Positions 37,709 through 49,056 are shown, counted from the stretch's first letter. The stretch: 64,000 nucleotides of DNA from Candidatus Binatia bacterium (GCA_038245295.1 JBBRSP010000010.1:128001-192000); one strand, 5' to 3'. Made by a program: numbers and translations. The notes: generated by a model not told the origin, from the sequence alone.

Positions 37709-39007
37709 CTAGATTGCCTGGCGGATCAACCGGTCGATGTCTTCTTGCGATTTCTCGAAGTCGGCGTCGGCCAATAGCGTAAACAGGGTATCGATGGGTA
37801 GGCGAGCGGTTAGCGGTGAATCGAGTTGGGGCAGGTTTCCGGCGCCCATTTCCTGCCACTGGCTCGGCGTCGGCGAGTAGAAGAAATCGCCGAAACCGGC
37901 CCTGTCGAAGTGGCGGAACACGTCGTCCCCATCTCGTAGCGCGGCGAATTCGCGTGTGGCGCGGAACTCCGACAGAAATTGGATCAATTCGGGTTCGACC
38001 TTGTACGTTCGGGCGATCCCCTTGGTGCCGAGGCAGTCGTCGACGTCGGGCGCAACACCCAGGCGATCCTCGTAGGAGGTATCCAGCTGGCTGGTGATCT
38101 GCTCCGGCGCCAACTCGCGTTGCTCCATGAAAGAGCGAATAGCGCCGCAGGGCGACGTGAAGCCGTCACAGCCGGCGACGTGCACGAAGGTGCGCCAGTC
38201 GCGTAGACCGGCGACCGTCAGTTCGGTTTTGATTGCGGCGGTGCGGCGCAGTTGTGTCAGCCAACGTTGGGCGCACAGGTCGACGTGTTCGCCGAGCAGC
38301 TCCGCTTTGAGTCCGTGGTTCAGGCGCCACGTGAAGATGTTGGTGAGTGTGACATTGGCAAACAAACCGCCAACGACAACTTGACGGGCCGAAAAGGTGG
38401 AGGTCAGGTTTACCGGAATACCTTCGTTCTCCAGGTCGCGCGCGACCAGCAGGCATTGCGGCGCGTGTGGGAGGAAGGGCACCTTGATAACAGCCGACGG
38501 CACCATGCGACGCAGGACGCGTCCGATACGTTTTGCCGCGTCCGGCTCGGTCGGCAATTGCATGTGCAGTTGCAGACTGATGTCCCACGGACGTCCCGAG
38601 GCTAGCGAGCTGACGATGTTGTTGGCGATGCAACCGTTGAGGATGGTGTAGATCAAGCCAACCGTTTCGTCGGCGGTCAGAGTCGAGTCGATCAAGCGCA
38701 GGCGCTTGGCGTATTCAGCGACGGCGCCACCCGTGAGATGGCCATCGACGACCTGGCGCAACAACCGCTGGTTGGAGGTCGAGCCGTTGATCTCCTGGAC
38801 GGTCCGGCCATCGCGGTTGACCAGTGTGTCGATTTCTTTGGTGTCGGCGGAGGCGGCGTAGATATGTTTGGTTCCGGCGCGGCGCAGCGCCGCGAGGGAT
38901 GGATTCGACGCAAAGCGGCGCGGCTGCGAACCAGCGGTGTGACCGCCGAGCGCTACCAGCTCGTCGTCGAGGCCATCCTCGCTCAGGCGACGCGCATGAG
39001 CTTGCAT
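37709..39007 (-). CDS. transaldolase-family protein (divergent)
   Basis: STSNQ, VIKVP (catalytic Lys), GIPVNLTSTFSARQ. Confidence 0.75.
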   Translation of the reverse strand: MQAHARRLSEDGLDDELVALGGHTAGSQPRRFASNPSLAALRRAGTKHIYAASADTKEIDTLVNRDGRTVQEINGSTSNQRLLRQVVDGHLTGGAVAEYAKRLRLIDSTLTADETVGLIYTILNGCIANNIVSSLASGRPWDISLQLHMQLPTEPDAAKRIGRVLRRMVPSAVIKVPFLPHAPQCLLVARDLENEGIPVNLTSTFSARQVVVGGLFANVTLTNIFTWRLNHGLKAELLGEHVDLCAQRWLTQLRRTAAIKTELTVAGLRDWRTFVHVAGCDGFTSPCGAIRSFMEQRELAPEQITSQLDTSYEDRLGVAPDVDDCLGTKGIARTYKVEPELIQFLSEFRATREFAALRDGDDVFRHFDRAGFGDFFYSPTPSQWQEMGAGNLPQLDSPLTARLPIDTLFTLLADADFEKSQEDIDRLIRQAI

Positions 39008-39158
39008 GTCTCTTTCCTCCGCCCCGCCATGTCCGCTTCTCTAAACCTCAGGATAATTGCCCCCTACTGCACTTTTCGTTCGAAGCGCCCTCACAGTCAA
39101 GTTTGTTCTCGAACAATTGGCGCTTGGGAGCCTCTCCCGGGTTTTGCATCGGAGCACT

Positions 39159-39220
39159 CCGCAGGCTGAAGCCTGCGCCTACCGACTTGCGGAGATCCGG
39201 AGGGTAGGGGCAGCCTGCGG
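39159..39220. repeat. GTAG-type REP with a degenerate partner
   Basis: CCGCAGGCTGAAGCCTGCGCCTACC at 39159-39183. Confidence 0.75.
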
Positions 39221-39316
39221 TCAGCCGAGCGGAGCGTGGAGTTCATAGGCAAAGCAGCCGTGAGCGTCGACGAAATCCCTTGCAACCATCCGGGCGTGAA
39301 TTCTAAGGGAAGTCGC

Positions 39317-39640
39317 ATGCTGACTATCGACGAGTTCATGAAGGTGGAGCTACGCGTCGCGACAATCCTGGCTGCCGAGCCACATCCCAATGCCGATCGC
39401 TTGCTAGTGCTGCAGATCGATCTCGGCGACGAGAAGCGGCAGTTGGTTGCGGGCATTCGCGCCCACTATGAGCCGGCGACACTTGTCGGTCGGCAAATCA
39501 TCGTCGTCGCCAACCTGCAACCGGCGACGCTGCGCGGCGTTGAAAGCCAGGGCATGCTGTTGGCTGCGACGGATGCCGAGGGGCGTGTTGCCTTCGTTAC
39601 TTCGGAGAAGCCTGTTTCTGCGGGGGCCAAGGTTAAATGA
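39317..39640 (+). CDS. stand-alone tRNA-binding OB-fold protein (MetG C-terminal/Trbp111/CsaA)
   Basis: HPNADRLL, RQLVAGI, VANLQP..LRGVESQGMLLAA. Confidence 0.92.
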   Translation: MLTIDEFMKVELRVATILAAEPHPNADRLLVLQIDLGDEKRQLVAGIRAHYEPATLVGRQIIVVANLQPATLRGVESQGMLLAATDAEGRVAFVTSEKPVSAGAKVK

Positions 39641-39686
39641 GCAAGCATCTCAACGACTGCACGGGCGGGGGCACGGGCGCGGGGGA

Positions 39687-40436
39687 TTACATCCAGGCGC
39701 CGCCGTCGACGCGGAGGATCTTGCCGGTGACGAAGCTGGCGTCCTCGCTAGCCAGATAGACCGCTGCTTTGCCGATGTCTTCGGGTTGGCCGGGGCGGCC
39801 GAGCGGGATCGTCGACAGCAGGGCGTCGCCGTAGAACTTGATCATGCGGTCGCCCATGTCGGTGGCGACGACTCCGGGCGCAATGCAGTTGACGCGTACA
39901 CCGGCGGCTGCCGTTTCCTTTGCCAGCGACTTGGTCAGCGCGTTCACCGCCGCCTTGGCGCAGTAGTACGGCGCGCCCAGCGGGCCGCACATGTCGGCAC
40001 CAACCGATGAGATCAGGATGATCGTGCCGCTGCGCCGATCGACAAGATGCTTGGCGGTCGCTTTGCACGTGTAGAAGGCGCCGTGGAGATTGGTGCCGAT
40101 GACCTTGTGCCAATGCTCGACGTCCATGTCCCACACCGACTGCACGCGTGAGGCAATGCCGGAGTTGGCGACGACGATGTCGAACCGCCCGAAGGCTTCG
40201 ATGGTCTTGGCGACCAGATTCTGAACCTGGCTCCAATCCGACACATCCCCTTGCACCGCGACAGCGCGGCGGCCGAGGGCGCTGATGGCTTCAACGGTGG
40301 CGTGCGCCGCTTCCTCATCGCGGCGGTAGTTGACGACGACGTCCGCTCCTTCACGGGCGAACTCGATCGCGATACCGCGGCCGATGCCGCGAGAGGAGCC
40401 GGTGACCAGGGCGATCTTTCCTTGCAAGCGAGGCAT
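39687..40436 (-). CDS. short-chain dehydrogenase/reductase (FabG-like)
   Basis: TGSSRGIG, YCAK catalytic YxxxK, VNCIAPG. Confidence 0.92.
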   Translation of the reverse strand: MPRLQGKIALVTGSSRGIGRGIAIEFAREGADVVVNYRRDEEAAHATVEAISALGRRAVAVQGDVSDWSQVQNLVAKTIEAFGRFDIVVANSGIASRVQSVWDMDVEHWHKVIGTNLHGAFYTCKATAKHLVDRRSGTIILISSVGADMCGPLGAPYYCAKAAVNALTKSLAKETAAAGVRVNCIAPGVVATDMGDRMIKFYGDALLSTIPLGRPGQPEDIGKAAVYLASEDASFVTGKILRVDGGAWM

Positions 40437-40527
40437 GGTGCTTTCCTTCCAATCTGATGCCGATGATTTGAACTTCTCTCCTGAAAGCAATCATCCCCTC
40501 GCCCAGATCGAATGGAATCACCGACGC

Positions 40528-40639
40528 TGGGAGAGGGTTAGGGTGAGGGCCACCAGTGGAATCGCATTGCGATATCTACGGGCCCTCACCCCGACCCTCT
40601 CCCACAATTTGCGAGTCCACTCGCGGCGGGAGAGGGAGA
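40528..40639. repeat. REP-like palindrome cluster (CCCTCACCC family)
   Basis: TGGGAGAGGGTTAGGGTGAGGGCC / GGCCCTCACCCCGACCCTCTCCCA. Confidence 0.75.
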
Positions 40640-40640
40640 T

Positions 40641-41828
40641 CTACTGCCGGGCGCCGACCAGGGCCTGCACCGCCTGGCTGAGGCCGTCGACGCTCAGGTG
40701 GTACATCGGGAAGACGCGGCGGATGGTGCGGCAGGTGTCAGCCTCCCAGTATGCCGGGCCTTCCGGATTCATCCACACGGCGCGATCGAAGTATTGCGCG
40801 ATGCGCTGCAGCCAGACGATACCGGGCGTCGACGAGGTCCGGCGCGGATCGATGTTGCCGAATGATTCTACCAATTCGGCCGGATGCATCGCGGCGTCGC
40901 CGACAACGACGACCTTCCAGCGGCTGTCGAGGCGGCGCAAGATGTCGCCGGTCGGTACCGCGTCGCTGCGCAACATGCGCGCCTTGTTGAAAACGTTCTC
41001 GTAGATGCAGTTGTGGAAGTAGTACGCCTCGAAAGCGCGCAGGCCGCGCTCTTCGTGCAGCGCCGTGAGCAGTTGGCTGACGGGCTCGAAATACGGGTCC
41101 ATCGTGCCGCCGACGTCCATCAGCAACAGCAGACGCACGTCGTTCTTACGGGGCGCCCGGAAGACCATCTCGATCTCGCCGGCGTTCTTGCACGTCTCGT
41201 CGATCGTCTCATCGAGATCAAGCTCGGTGGCATCACCGCGGCGGGTCAGTTGCCGCAGCCGGCGCAAGGCGACGCGCATCTGGCGCAGGTCGAGGGTGAT
41301 ATCGGTGCGGTAATCCTTGAACTTGCGTTCTTCGGCGACCTTCATCGCCGAGCGACTCTTGGCCGGACCGCCGACACGAATGCCGGTCGGATGTTGGCCG
41401 CCGTGTCCATAGGGCGACTTGCCACCGGTGCCGACCCACTTGTCGCCGCCGTCGTGGCGCTCGGTCTGCTTCTGCAGCGTCTCGAGAAAACGCTGCATCA
41501 GCTCGTCGTGCGAAAGGCGCTCCAACTTAGCGAGATCTTCGGGCGACAGGTTGGGAAAATTCTTCGGATCGCGCAGCCAGTCGTTGACCTTCTCGGCGAC
41601 ATCATCGCCGAAGGCGCCCTCGACACCGTGGAAGACACGCGAGAAGACGCGGTCGTAGGCATCGAAGTAAGTTTCGCTCTTGATCAGACACGAGCGCCCG
41701 AGGTGATAGAAACGCAGCAGGCTCGAGCCGTGCAGGCCCTCCTCGAGGGCGCTCAGGAAGGTCATCCACTCCTGGATCGCCAGGGGCACGCCCGCGTCAC
41801 GCAGTCCGTAGAAGAGATCGAGAAACAT
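40641..41828 (-). CDS. VWA domain protein (CoxE-like)
   Basis: GGDKWVGTGGKSPYG, LLMDVGGTMD, YFHNCIY, VGDAAM. Confidence 0.88.
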   Translation of the reverse strand: MFLDLFYGLRDAGVPLAIQEWMTFLSALEEGLHGSSLLRFYHLGRSCLIKSETYFDAYDRVFSRVFHGVEGAFGDDVAEKVNDWLRDPKNFPNLSPEDLAKLERLSHDELMQRFLETLQKQTERHDGGDKWVGTGGKSPYGHGGQHPTGIRVGGPAKSRSAMKVAEERKFKDYRTDITLDLRQMRVALRRLRQLTRRGDATELDLDETIDETCKNAGEIEMVFRAPRKNDVRLLLLMDVGGTMDPYFEPVSQLLTALHEERGLRAFEAYYFHNCIYENVFNKARMLRSDAVPTGDILRRLDSRWKVVVVGDAAMHPAELVESFGNIDPRRTSSTPGIVWLQRIAQYFDRAVWMNPEGPAYWEADTCRTIRRVFPMYHLSVDGLSQAVQALVGARQ

Positions 41829-41910
41829 CGTCGCTCACCTACCAGCTTTCCATTCTTACTCAACCTGGGGCCCGCATTTGGTGGCGCCACACGGCGGCGG
41901 CGGGGCCATT

Positions 41911-42096
41911 GGTAGGCGCAGGCTTTAGAGGGCTCCGCGACGGCCCGGCACCGAGGCGGTGAGGTAGGCGCAGGTCTTTAGCCTGCGGCGGATAGAGCGC
42001 TTCAGCACGGGCATTCCGCCGCAAGCTAAAGCTTGCGCCTACCCCGCGACGGCCCGGCATCGATGCGGTGAGGTAGGCGCAGGTCTTTAGCCTGCG
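41911..42096. repeat. cluster of four GTAG-type REPs
   Basis: GGTAGGCGCAGG.. three times plus inverted GCTTGCGCCTACC; duplicated spacer CCGCGACGGCCCGGCA. Confidence 0.8.
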
Positions 42097-43514
42097 AAGG
42101 CGCGCCGCAGCGCGCTCTGCGCCGCGAAGTAACCGCACAGCCCGTGCACCCCGCCGCCCGGTGGAGTTGATGCCGAGCAGAGGAACAGCCGAGGATTCGG
42201 CGTCGAGTAAGGATCAAGCCGCGCCACCGGGCGGGTGAAGAACTGCAACAGATCCGACACACCGCCGGTGATGGCGCCGCCGACGTAGTTGGGATTGTCG
42301 CGGTACAAGTCGGCCGTGTTCATCGCGTGGCGCGCCAGAATGCGATCGCGGAATCCCGGTGCGAAGCGCTCGATCTGCGCCTCGATGGCCTTGGTGCAAT
42401 CGACCGTCGAACCGGACGGGACATGACAGTACGCGTACCCCGTGTGTTTACCCGCCGGCGCACGGCTGGCGTCGAACTGGCTCTGCTGCACCACCATGAC
42501 GAACGGTCGCGGCGGATGTTCGCCACGCCACACGGCCGCCTCGGCCGCGGCGATTTCTTCCACGCTGCCGCCGACATGGACTGTCGACGCCTCAAGGCAG
42601 CGTGGATCGCGCCACGGGATCGGACCGTCTAGAGCCCAGTCGAGTTTGAACACACCAGGCCCGTAACGATAACGCCGCAGACGTTGCACGTAGGGCGCCG
42701 GCAAAACGGGTGCACCGATGTCAGCCAACTGATCCGGACTGGTGTCGAACAGAACCGCGCCGGTCTGCGGCAGGTCGCCCAACGATTGGATGCGGCGGCC
42801 CACTTCGATGCGTCCGCCAAGCTCGTGAAAGTAGGACGCGAGAGCATTCGTGATGGAACGCGAGCCACCCTCGGCGACCGGCCAGTCTTCGACATGCCCG
42901 GTGAACGCGAAGATCATGGCGACAGCCGCCGTGAGCGGTTGCTCGAGCGGCAAGATCGAATGGGCGGCGCAGCCGGCAAGTAGGACGCGGGCTCGGTGGC
43001 TGCGAAAACGCAGCTTCAGGAATGTTGTTGCCGGCAACAGTCCCGGCAAACCAAAACGCGCCATGCGCAGCGGATGGTGCGGGATGCGGAACGGACCGAG
43101 GAGATCCGCCAGCAACTCATGCGGCTGGTGCAGGAATGGCGCGAAGAGATTGCGGTAGCTGGCGGCATCCGCGCCGAGGTCGTCCGCCGTTTCGTCGAGT
43201 GAGCGCCGCAGCAACACCGCCGGTTCATTGTCGAGTGGGTGGGCGGCTGAAGCAATCGGACGCAGCCAGCGCAGGCCGTGTTGCTCGAGCGGATACTGGC
43301 GCCATACGGGCGACAAGATGCCCATCGGATGGCAGCCGGAACAGACGTCGTGCCAGAAGCCCGGCAGTGTCAGCTCCGCCGTGCGGGTGCCACCGCCGAT
43401 CTCGTCGCGTCCTTCGACAACGACAACCGACTTGCCATGGCGCGCCAACTCGATCGCCGCGGTAAGCCCGTTCGGCCCGGAGCCAATGACGACGGCGTCG
43501 TCCACGCCGCTCAT
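42087..43514 (-). CDS. phytoene-desaturase-family FAD-dependent oxidoreductase
   Basis: IGSGPNGL, HDVCSGCHP, CSASTPPGGGVHGLCG; ATGA coupling. Confidence 0.9.
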   Translation of the reverse strand: MSGVDDAVVIGSGPNGLTAAIELARHGKSVVVVEGRDEIGGGTRTAELTLPGFWHDVCSGCHPMGILSPVWRQYPLEQHGLRWLRPIASAAHPLDNEPAVLLRRSLDETADDLGADAASYRNLFAPFLHQPHELLADLLGPFRIPHHPLRMARFGLPGLLPATTFLKLRFRSHRARVLLAGCAAHSILPLEQPLTAAVAMIFAFTGHVEDWPVAEGGSRSITNALASYFHELGGRIEVGRRIQSLGDLPQTGAVLFDTSPDQLADIGAPVLPAPYVQRLRRYRYGPGVFKLDWALDGPIPWRDPRCLEASTVHVGGSVEEIAAAEAAVWRGEHPPRPFVMVVQQSQFDASRAPAGKHTGYAYCHVPSGSTVDCTKAIEAQIERFAPGFRDRILARHAMNTADLYRDNPNYVGGAITGGVSDLLQFFTRPVARLDPYSTPNPRLFLCSASTPPGGGVHGLCGYFAAQSALRRAFAG

Positions 43515-45142
43515 ACCTTGCCGTAGTCCCACGGCGCGCGCCGCTTGAGCTCTGCCAACTCGACGTACCCTTGCTCGATCAGGCCGCGCTTGGCGTCGAC
43601 GATGCGCCAATGCAGCGTCGAGCCGAGCAGTGGTTGCGACTCGACCATGATGGCGCGCAGCTCGCCGTCTTCGAAGTGGCATTGCGACTGGATACACTCG
43701 AGCAACTGCTCGTCGCACAGATGGCCTTCACCGAAGTTCCAACCGAGCACCGAGGCGGCGATCACTTCGCCATCGTAATAATTGTAGTCTTCGAACGGTC
43801 GCCCCTCGATCGCCTTGGGCAACATCAAGCCGAGGGTGCGCCCCTGCAAATGCAGCGAGCGGAAGGCCATGCCACGCGAGTCCATACCTTCGGCATCCGC
43901 CGGTGAGAACTTCTCGAGTTGCTCACGTAGCAGCGGTGCCGCACGCTTGAGTTGGTCGAGCTTCTTGTGGCTATCGCCGCGAAACATCCAGGCGCTCCAG
44001 GCCCAGTTGCCGGCGTAATAGCGCATGGCGAGCAGGAAGGAGATCTGCGCCGGCACCAGGTTGCCGACCAATGGCAGCAGCACGAGCATGATGGTCAGGT
44101 ACAACGCCAGCGGCGTCGAGCCGATGCCGAGAACACTGATTTCCGGATGACCGACGAACAGAAAAAAGGCGGCGAAGAGGCTCACCGTGTTCCATTCAAA
44201 CACGGCGCCGGCCGGCATGTTGCTGATGATGAAGCCGTGCAACAGGATCGCGAAGCAGATGCCGATGACCTGTAGCGGCCCCGGCCCGGTGACGAATAGA
44301 AGTGTGAGCGGTGCCGCAAACTCGAGGAAGGTGCCGCCGTGGGCCATCAGCTTGCCGAGGCGTGACGGCGTCAGATCCTCCGGATACGAAACGAACATCC
44401 GGCGTCGCAGCGTCGGGCTGCGTAGCATCGGGTTGTTGACGGTCATTACCGGCACGACGTAGCTGAAGGCCACCGTCAGTTTGGACACGCCGGCCCAAAA
44501 CCACACCGCCAGCTGCACCGCCTTGCAGGCGGCGATCCAGTTGCCGGCGAACAGAAAGCAGATGATCATCGCGAAGTGGTGCTCGAAACGCGCCGCCAGC
44601 AGCACGGTCTTGTCGCCCAGGCCGCACAGCGGCAGCAACACGACGATCGGCCAGAGAAGCGTGGCATCAATCGCCGGGGCTACCAAAGCGCGCAGCAGGG
44701 AGAGGGTGAAGGCGGCATACAAGGCAACGTCGAGCCAGGTGCGCGTTACACCCCCGAACAGGGGCAGATTCGGAAACGGCGCCAGCTTGATGGTTCCGGG
44801 GCGCAGGAAATGCAGGAAGGCGGTGAACGGCGGGAAGATGCGGAATCCCAAAGGTCCGCTCATACAGCCGAAGCCGAGCACCTCGACCAGGCAGGCCCAG
44901 ATGAACGCTTTCTGGAAGACGATGCCTTCGGCCCACCACGAGCGGAAGTTGAACGGGGAGCCCAGGCCGGGCGTGAAGCTACAGAAGTACATCCAGGCCA
45001 GGATCAGCAGGGACAGCTTGACCGCGTGGATGATGTAGGCGGCGATCGGTAGGCCGATTCCTTTGAGGACGTAGTCTTCACATCCGGCGCGGACGAGCTC
45101 CGAAAATCCCTGCTTCGGTCGGAGGGTGGCTTCAGCATTCAT
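43511..45142 (-). CDS. DUF3556-like membrane protein
   Basis: GCMSGPL, DKTVLLAARFEH, MRYYAGNW, LGWNFGEGHL. Confidence 0.8.
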   Translation of the reverse strand: MNAEATLRPKQGFSELVRAGCEDYVLKGIGLPIAAYIIHAVKLSLLILAWMYFCSFTPGLGSPFNFRSWWAEGIVFQKAFIWACLVEVLGFGCMSGPLGFRIFPPFTAFLHFLRPGTIKLAPFPNLPLFGGVTRTWLDVALYAAFTLSLLRALVAPAIDATLLWPIVVLLPLCGLGDKTVLLAARFEHHFAMIICFLFAGNWIAACKAVQLAVWFWAGVSKLTVAFSYVVPVMTVNNPMLRSPTLRRRMFVSYPEDLTPSRLGKLMAHGGTFLEFAAPLTLLFVTGPGPLQVIGICFAILLHGFIISNMPAGAVFEWNTVSLFAAFFLFVGHPEISVLGIGSTPLALYLTIMLVLLPLVGNLVPAQISFLLAMRYYAGNWAWSAWMFRGDSHKKLDQLKRAAPLLREQLEKFSPADAEGMDSRGMAFRSLHLQGRTLGLMLPKAIEGRPFEDYNYYDGEVIAASVLGWNFGEGHLCDEQLLECIQSQCHFEDGELRAIMVESQPLLGSTLHWRIVDAKRGLIEQGYVELAELKRRAPWDYGKV

Positions 45143-45348
45143 GCGTCGAGAATCTTTCCACCCCGGGCAACTGCCATGGATGCGGGGTGGTTTCTAGAGG
45201 CGATGGGTGCGTCTTGCGTTGAGGGTCTAGAGTCGGGAGCGTCTGACCGACCCTGCACCCCGCACCCGCTGCGTTCTTGTCCAAGAACCCTTGCGGCCTA
45301 CCAACTCGCATGTTAACACGCGCCGCCAATACAAAGGTTGGAGGAAAG

Positions 45349-45618
45349 ATGGGACTGGCTCCCGAACGTGTCCAGGAGCTGATTCAGAAGTACCAGCGTC
45401 ACGCTGGCGATACAGGTTGCGCGGAAGTGCAGATTGCTCTGCTGACCGGCCGTATCGAGTACCTTACGGAACACTTCAAGACGCACAAGAAAGATCACCA
45501 CTCGCGTCGTGGCCTACTGAAGCTGGTTGGCCAACGTCGGCGTATGCTCGATTATCTGAAGCGCGAAGAGTTCAGCCGGTACCGTAGCGTGATCGATAGC
45601 CTGGGCATCCGTAAGTAA
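45349..45618 (+). CDS. rpsO: 30S ribosomal protein S15
   Basis: [13 protein letters not shown]...[18 protein letters not shown]. Confidence 0.98.
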   Translation: MGLAPERVQELIQKYQRHAGDTGCAEVQIALLTGRIEYLTEHFKTHKKDHHSRRGLLKLVGQRRRMLDYLKREEFSRYRSVIDSLGIRK

Positions 45619-45692
45619 AACGGCCCGCGCCTGGATATCCTTCGCCCCTTTCCCTCCCACCACGAGGCCGCAAGGCCAGGGAGGTACCTAAT

Positions 45693-47777
45693 ATGATGAA
45701 GAAGATACAAGTGGACTTCCACGGACGTCCACTTACCTTCGAAACCGGTCGGATGGCGAAACAGGCCAGCGGATCCGTCGTAGCTTCGCTCGGCGAATCC
45801 GTTGTCCTCGTCACCGCTGTCTCCGACCGCAAAGCTCGGGAAGGAATCGATTTCTTCCCGCTCACCTGCGACTACCAGGAACGCACCGCTGCGGCCGGAA
45901 AGATTCCCGGCGGCTTCTTCAAGCGCGAAGGACGTCTGTCCGAGCGTGAGACGTTGACGTCGCGCCTGATCGACCGTCCGATCCGACCGCTGTTCCCGGA
46001 TGGGTTTCTCTGTGAGACCCAGGTCATCGCCACGGTGCTGTCGCACGACCGCGAAAACGATCCGGACGTTCTGGCGGTCACCGCCGCGTCGACGGCTCTG
46101 CATATTTCCGACATTCCGTTCAACGGACCGATCGGTTGTGTGCGCATCGCCCGTGCCGGCGACAAGTTCGTCATCAACCCAACCCTCGAACAGTTGGCCG
46201 CCAGCGATCTCAACATGATCGTTGCCGGGAGCCGCGAAGGTCTGGTGATGGTCGAAGGTGGCAGCAAGGGCCTGTCGGAAGAAGTCATGCTCGACGCCCT
46301 GTTCACGGCGCACGCGGCGATCCAGCCGCTGCTCGATGTGCAAGACGAGCTGCGTAAGGCGATCGGCAAGGAGAAGCGCAAGGTCGAGGCCCCGAAGGTC
46401 GACAAGGCGCTGTTCACCAAGTTTTCCAAGGAAGCCACGCCGCGCATTACGAAAGCCTTCGAAGTGAAGGGCAAGTTCGAGCGCTCCGCCGCCGTGCGTG
46501 CGGCGGTCGAAGAGTCGATCGCCAAGTTCGCAACCGACAGCCCTGAGCGCCTGGGCGAGTTGAAGCACTTCGCCGAAGAGGTCAAGTCGACGGTCATGCG
46601 TATGGCCATCGTCAAGGACAGCCGGCGCGTCGATGGCCGCGGTCTCACGGACGTTCGCGCCATCAGCTGCGAAGTCGGCGTTCTACCGCGCACCCACGGC
46701 TCGGCACTGTTCACGCGCGGCGAGACACAAGCTCTCGTCACCGCCACGTTGGGCACCTCGTCCGACGAACAGCGCGTCGATGCCCTGGTCGGCGAACATT
46801 TCAAGAAGTTCATGCTGCATTACAACTTCCCGCCGTTCAGCGTCGGTGAAGTCAAGTTCCTGCGCGGCCCGGGGCGACGTGAAATCGGCCACGGCGCGTT
46901 GGCGGAACGCTCGATTCTGGTGACTCTGCCGGATGAGGACAAGTTCCCCTACACGATCCGCATCGTCTCGGACATTCTCGAGTCGAACGGCTCATCGTCG
47001 ATGGCGAGTGTCTGCGGCGCCACCTTGGCGTTGATGGATGCCGGTGTGCCGATCAAGGCGCCGGTGGCCGGTATCGCCATGGGCTTGATCATGGAAGGCA
47101 AGGAAGTCCGGGTTCTGTCGGACATCCTCGGCGACGAAGATCACCTCGGCGACATGGACTTCAAGGTTGCCGGCACCGCCGAAGGCATCACCGCTTTGCA
47201 GATGGACATCAAGATCGGCACGGTGACGCGCGACATCATGAAGACCGCCCTGTATCAGGCTCTCGAGGGACGTCTGCACATCCTCGGTGAGATGAAGAAG
47301 GGCCTCGAGCTGCCGCGTGGCGAGATGTCGGTGTACGCACCACGCATCCACACGATGAAGATTCGCCCAGACAAGATCCGCGACGTCATCGGACCTGGCG
47401 GCAAGGTCATCCGCGGCATCATCGAGGAGACCGGCGTCAAGATCGATGTCGAAGACGACGGCACGGTGCGTATCGCTTCGAGCGATGGAGTTGCGATGCA
47501 ACGTGCCATCGAGATCATCGAAGGGATCACGGCCGAAGCCGTAGTCGGCAGGGTCTACAAGGGAACCGTCGTTCGTATTGTCGACTTCGGTGCCTTCGTG
47601 CAGATCATGCCGGGGACCGACGGTTTGCTGCACATCTCGCAAATCGGACCCGGCCGTGTGAACAAAGTCAGCGACGTCCTCAAGGAAGGCGAAGAGATCC
47701 TCGTGAAGGTTCTCGAAGTCGACCGCTCGGGCAAAATCCGCTTGAGCCGTAAAGAGGCCGAAGAGCAGGCGAAGTAA
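45693..47777 (+). CDS. pnp: polyribonucleotide nucleotidyltransferase
   Basis: [25 protein letters not shown] and S1 domains. Confidence 0.98.
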   Translation: MMKKIQVDFHGRPLTFETGRMAKQASGSVVASLGESVVLVTAVSDRKAREGIDFFPLTCDYQERTAAAGKIPGGFFKREGRLSERETLTSRLIDRPIRPLFPDGFLCETQVIATVLSHDRENDPDVLAVTAASTALHISDIPFNGPIGCVRIARAGDKFVINPTLEQLAASDLNMIVAGSREGLVMVEGGSKGLSEEVMLDALFTAHAAIQPLLDVQDELRKAIGKEKRKVEAPKVDKALFTKFSKEATPRITKAFEVKGKFERSAAVRAAVEESIAKFATDSPERLGELKHFAEEVKSTVMRMAIVKDSRRVDGRGLTDVRAISCEVGVLPRTHGSALFTRGETQALVTATLGTSSDEQRVDALVGEHFKKFMLHYNFPPFSVGEVKFLRGPGRREIGHGALAERSILVTLPDEDKFPYTIRIVSDILESNGSSSMASVCGATLALMDAGVPIKAPVAGIAMGLIMEGKEVRVLSDILGDEDHLGDMDFKVAGTAEGITALQMDIKIGTVTRDIMKTALYQALEGRLHILGEMKKGLELPRGEMSVYAPRIHTMKIRPDKIRDVIGPGGKVIRGIIEETGVKIDVEDDGTVRIASSDGVAMQRAIEIIEGITAEAVVGRVYKGTVVRIVDFGAFVQIMPGTDGLLHISQIGPGRVNKVSDVLKEGEEILVKVLEVDRSGKIRLSRKEAEEQAK

Positions 47778-47787
47778 GCTGCCGGCC

Positions 47788-49056
47788 ATGGCTCAGCCAG
47801 TAGTGTCCCGGACCCGCTTGCCGAACGGCTTGCGGGTGGTGACGGAAGCGATGCTTGGTGTACCCTCGGCGACGATCGGGGTGTGGGTCGAAAACGGCTC
47901 GCGCTACGAACGTCCCGAGCAAGCCGGCATCTCGCACTACCTCGAGCACCTGTATTTCAAGGGCACGGAACGCCGCTCTGCCGCGCAAATCGCCGAAGAG
48001 GCCGACGCGGTAGGCGGCGTTCTGAACGCCTTCACCGGTAAAGAATCGACGTGTTACTACGCCAAGGTCCTTGGCGAGAACGTCGCCATCGCCGAAGATA
48101 TTCTAAGCGACATCTTTCTGCACTCGCGCTTCGATCCGACCGAGATCGACCGTGAGCGCTCGGTCATCTTGCAGGAAATCGCCCAGGCCGAAGACCAGCC
48201 GGATGACTACATCCACGAGCTGTTCAACTTGCGTTACTGGCCTGGTCATCCGTTGAGTTTCCCGGTCGCCGGACGTTCCGAAACTGTGAAGGACCTGACA
48301 CAAGCCGACTTCCTTGCGTTCATCGAGCAACGCTACCGGCCCGACCGACTGATCATCGCCGCCGCCGGCGACATCGAGCACGAGCATATTGTCGAGTGGG
48401 CGAACCGCGAGTTCGGTGGCCTTTCCGGGGTCACGCCGCCTCCCAATGGCGAAGCGCCGCAAGCCTCGCGCAACGTGACGTACGAACAGAAGAACCTCGA
48501 GCAGGTGCATCTGTGCCTCGGCACGCCTGGCATCGGCCACGGCGCGCCGGAGCGTTACGCGGCGTACCTCATGAATACAGCGCTTGGCGGCGGCATGAGC
48601 TCGCGGCTGTTTCAGGAAGTGCGCGAGAAACGCGGCCTCGTCTACAGCGTCTATTCGTTCCTCAATTCCTACGCCGACGGCGGCTATCTCGGCATCTACG
48701 CCGGCACGAGTCCCGACTCGGTGGATGAAGTCATGACGCTGATCCTGCGCGAGCTTCAGAAGATGGAACGCGACGGCTTGGCGCCGGGCGAATTGGCGCG
48801 CGCCAAGAATCAGCTCAAGGGCAATATCCTCCTCGGGCTCGAAACCAGCGACAGTCGCATGCACCGCATCGCGCGCAACGAGATCTACTTCGGCGCCGAC
48901 GTATCTCCCGCGGAAGTGGCAGCGCGTATCGACGCGACGACCAATGACGAGATCATCGCCCTGGCCAAAAAGCTGTTCGACACGGATGCACGCGGCCTGA
49001 CCCTGGTCGGCAACCTCGGTGAGAAAAGCCCGGGCGAAGAGATCCTCGGCCTCTAA
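47788..49056 (+). CDS. M16 family zinc peptidase
   Basis: HYLEH (HxxEH), NAFTGKE, LGGGMSSRLFQEVRE. Confidence 0.93.
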   Translation: MAQPVVSRTRLPNGLRVVTEAMLGVPSATIGVWVENGSRYERPEQAGISHYLEHLYFKGTERRSAAQIAEEADAVGGVLNAFTGKESTCYYAKVLGENVAIAEDILSDIFLHSRFDPTEIDRERSVILQEIAQAEDQPDDYIHELFNLRYWPGHPLSFPVAGRSETVKDLTQADFLAFIEQRYRPDRLIIAAAGDIEHEHIVEWANREFGGLSGVTPPPNGEAPQASRNVTYEQKNLEQVHLCLGTPGIGHGAPERYAAYLMNTALGGGMSSRLFQEVREKRGLVYSVYSFLNSYADGGYLGIYAGTSPDSVDEVMTLILRELQKMERDGLAPGELARAKNQLKGNILLGLETSDSRMHRIARNEIYFGADVSPAEVAARIDATTNDEIIALAKKLFDTDARGLTLVGNLGEKSPGEEILGL

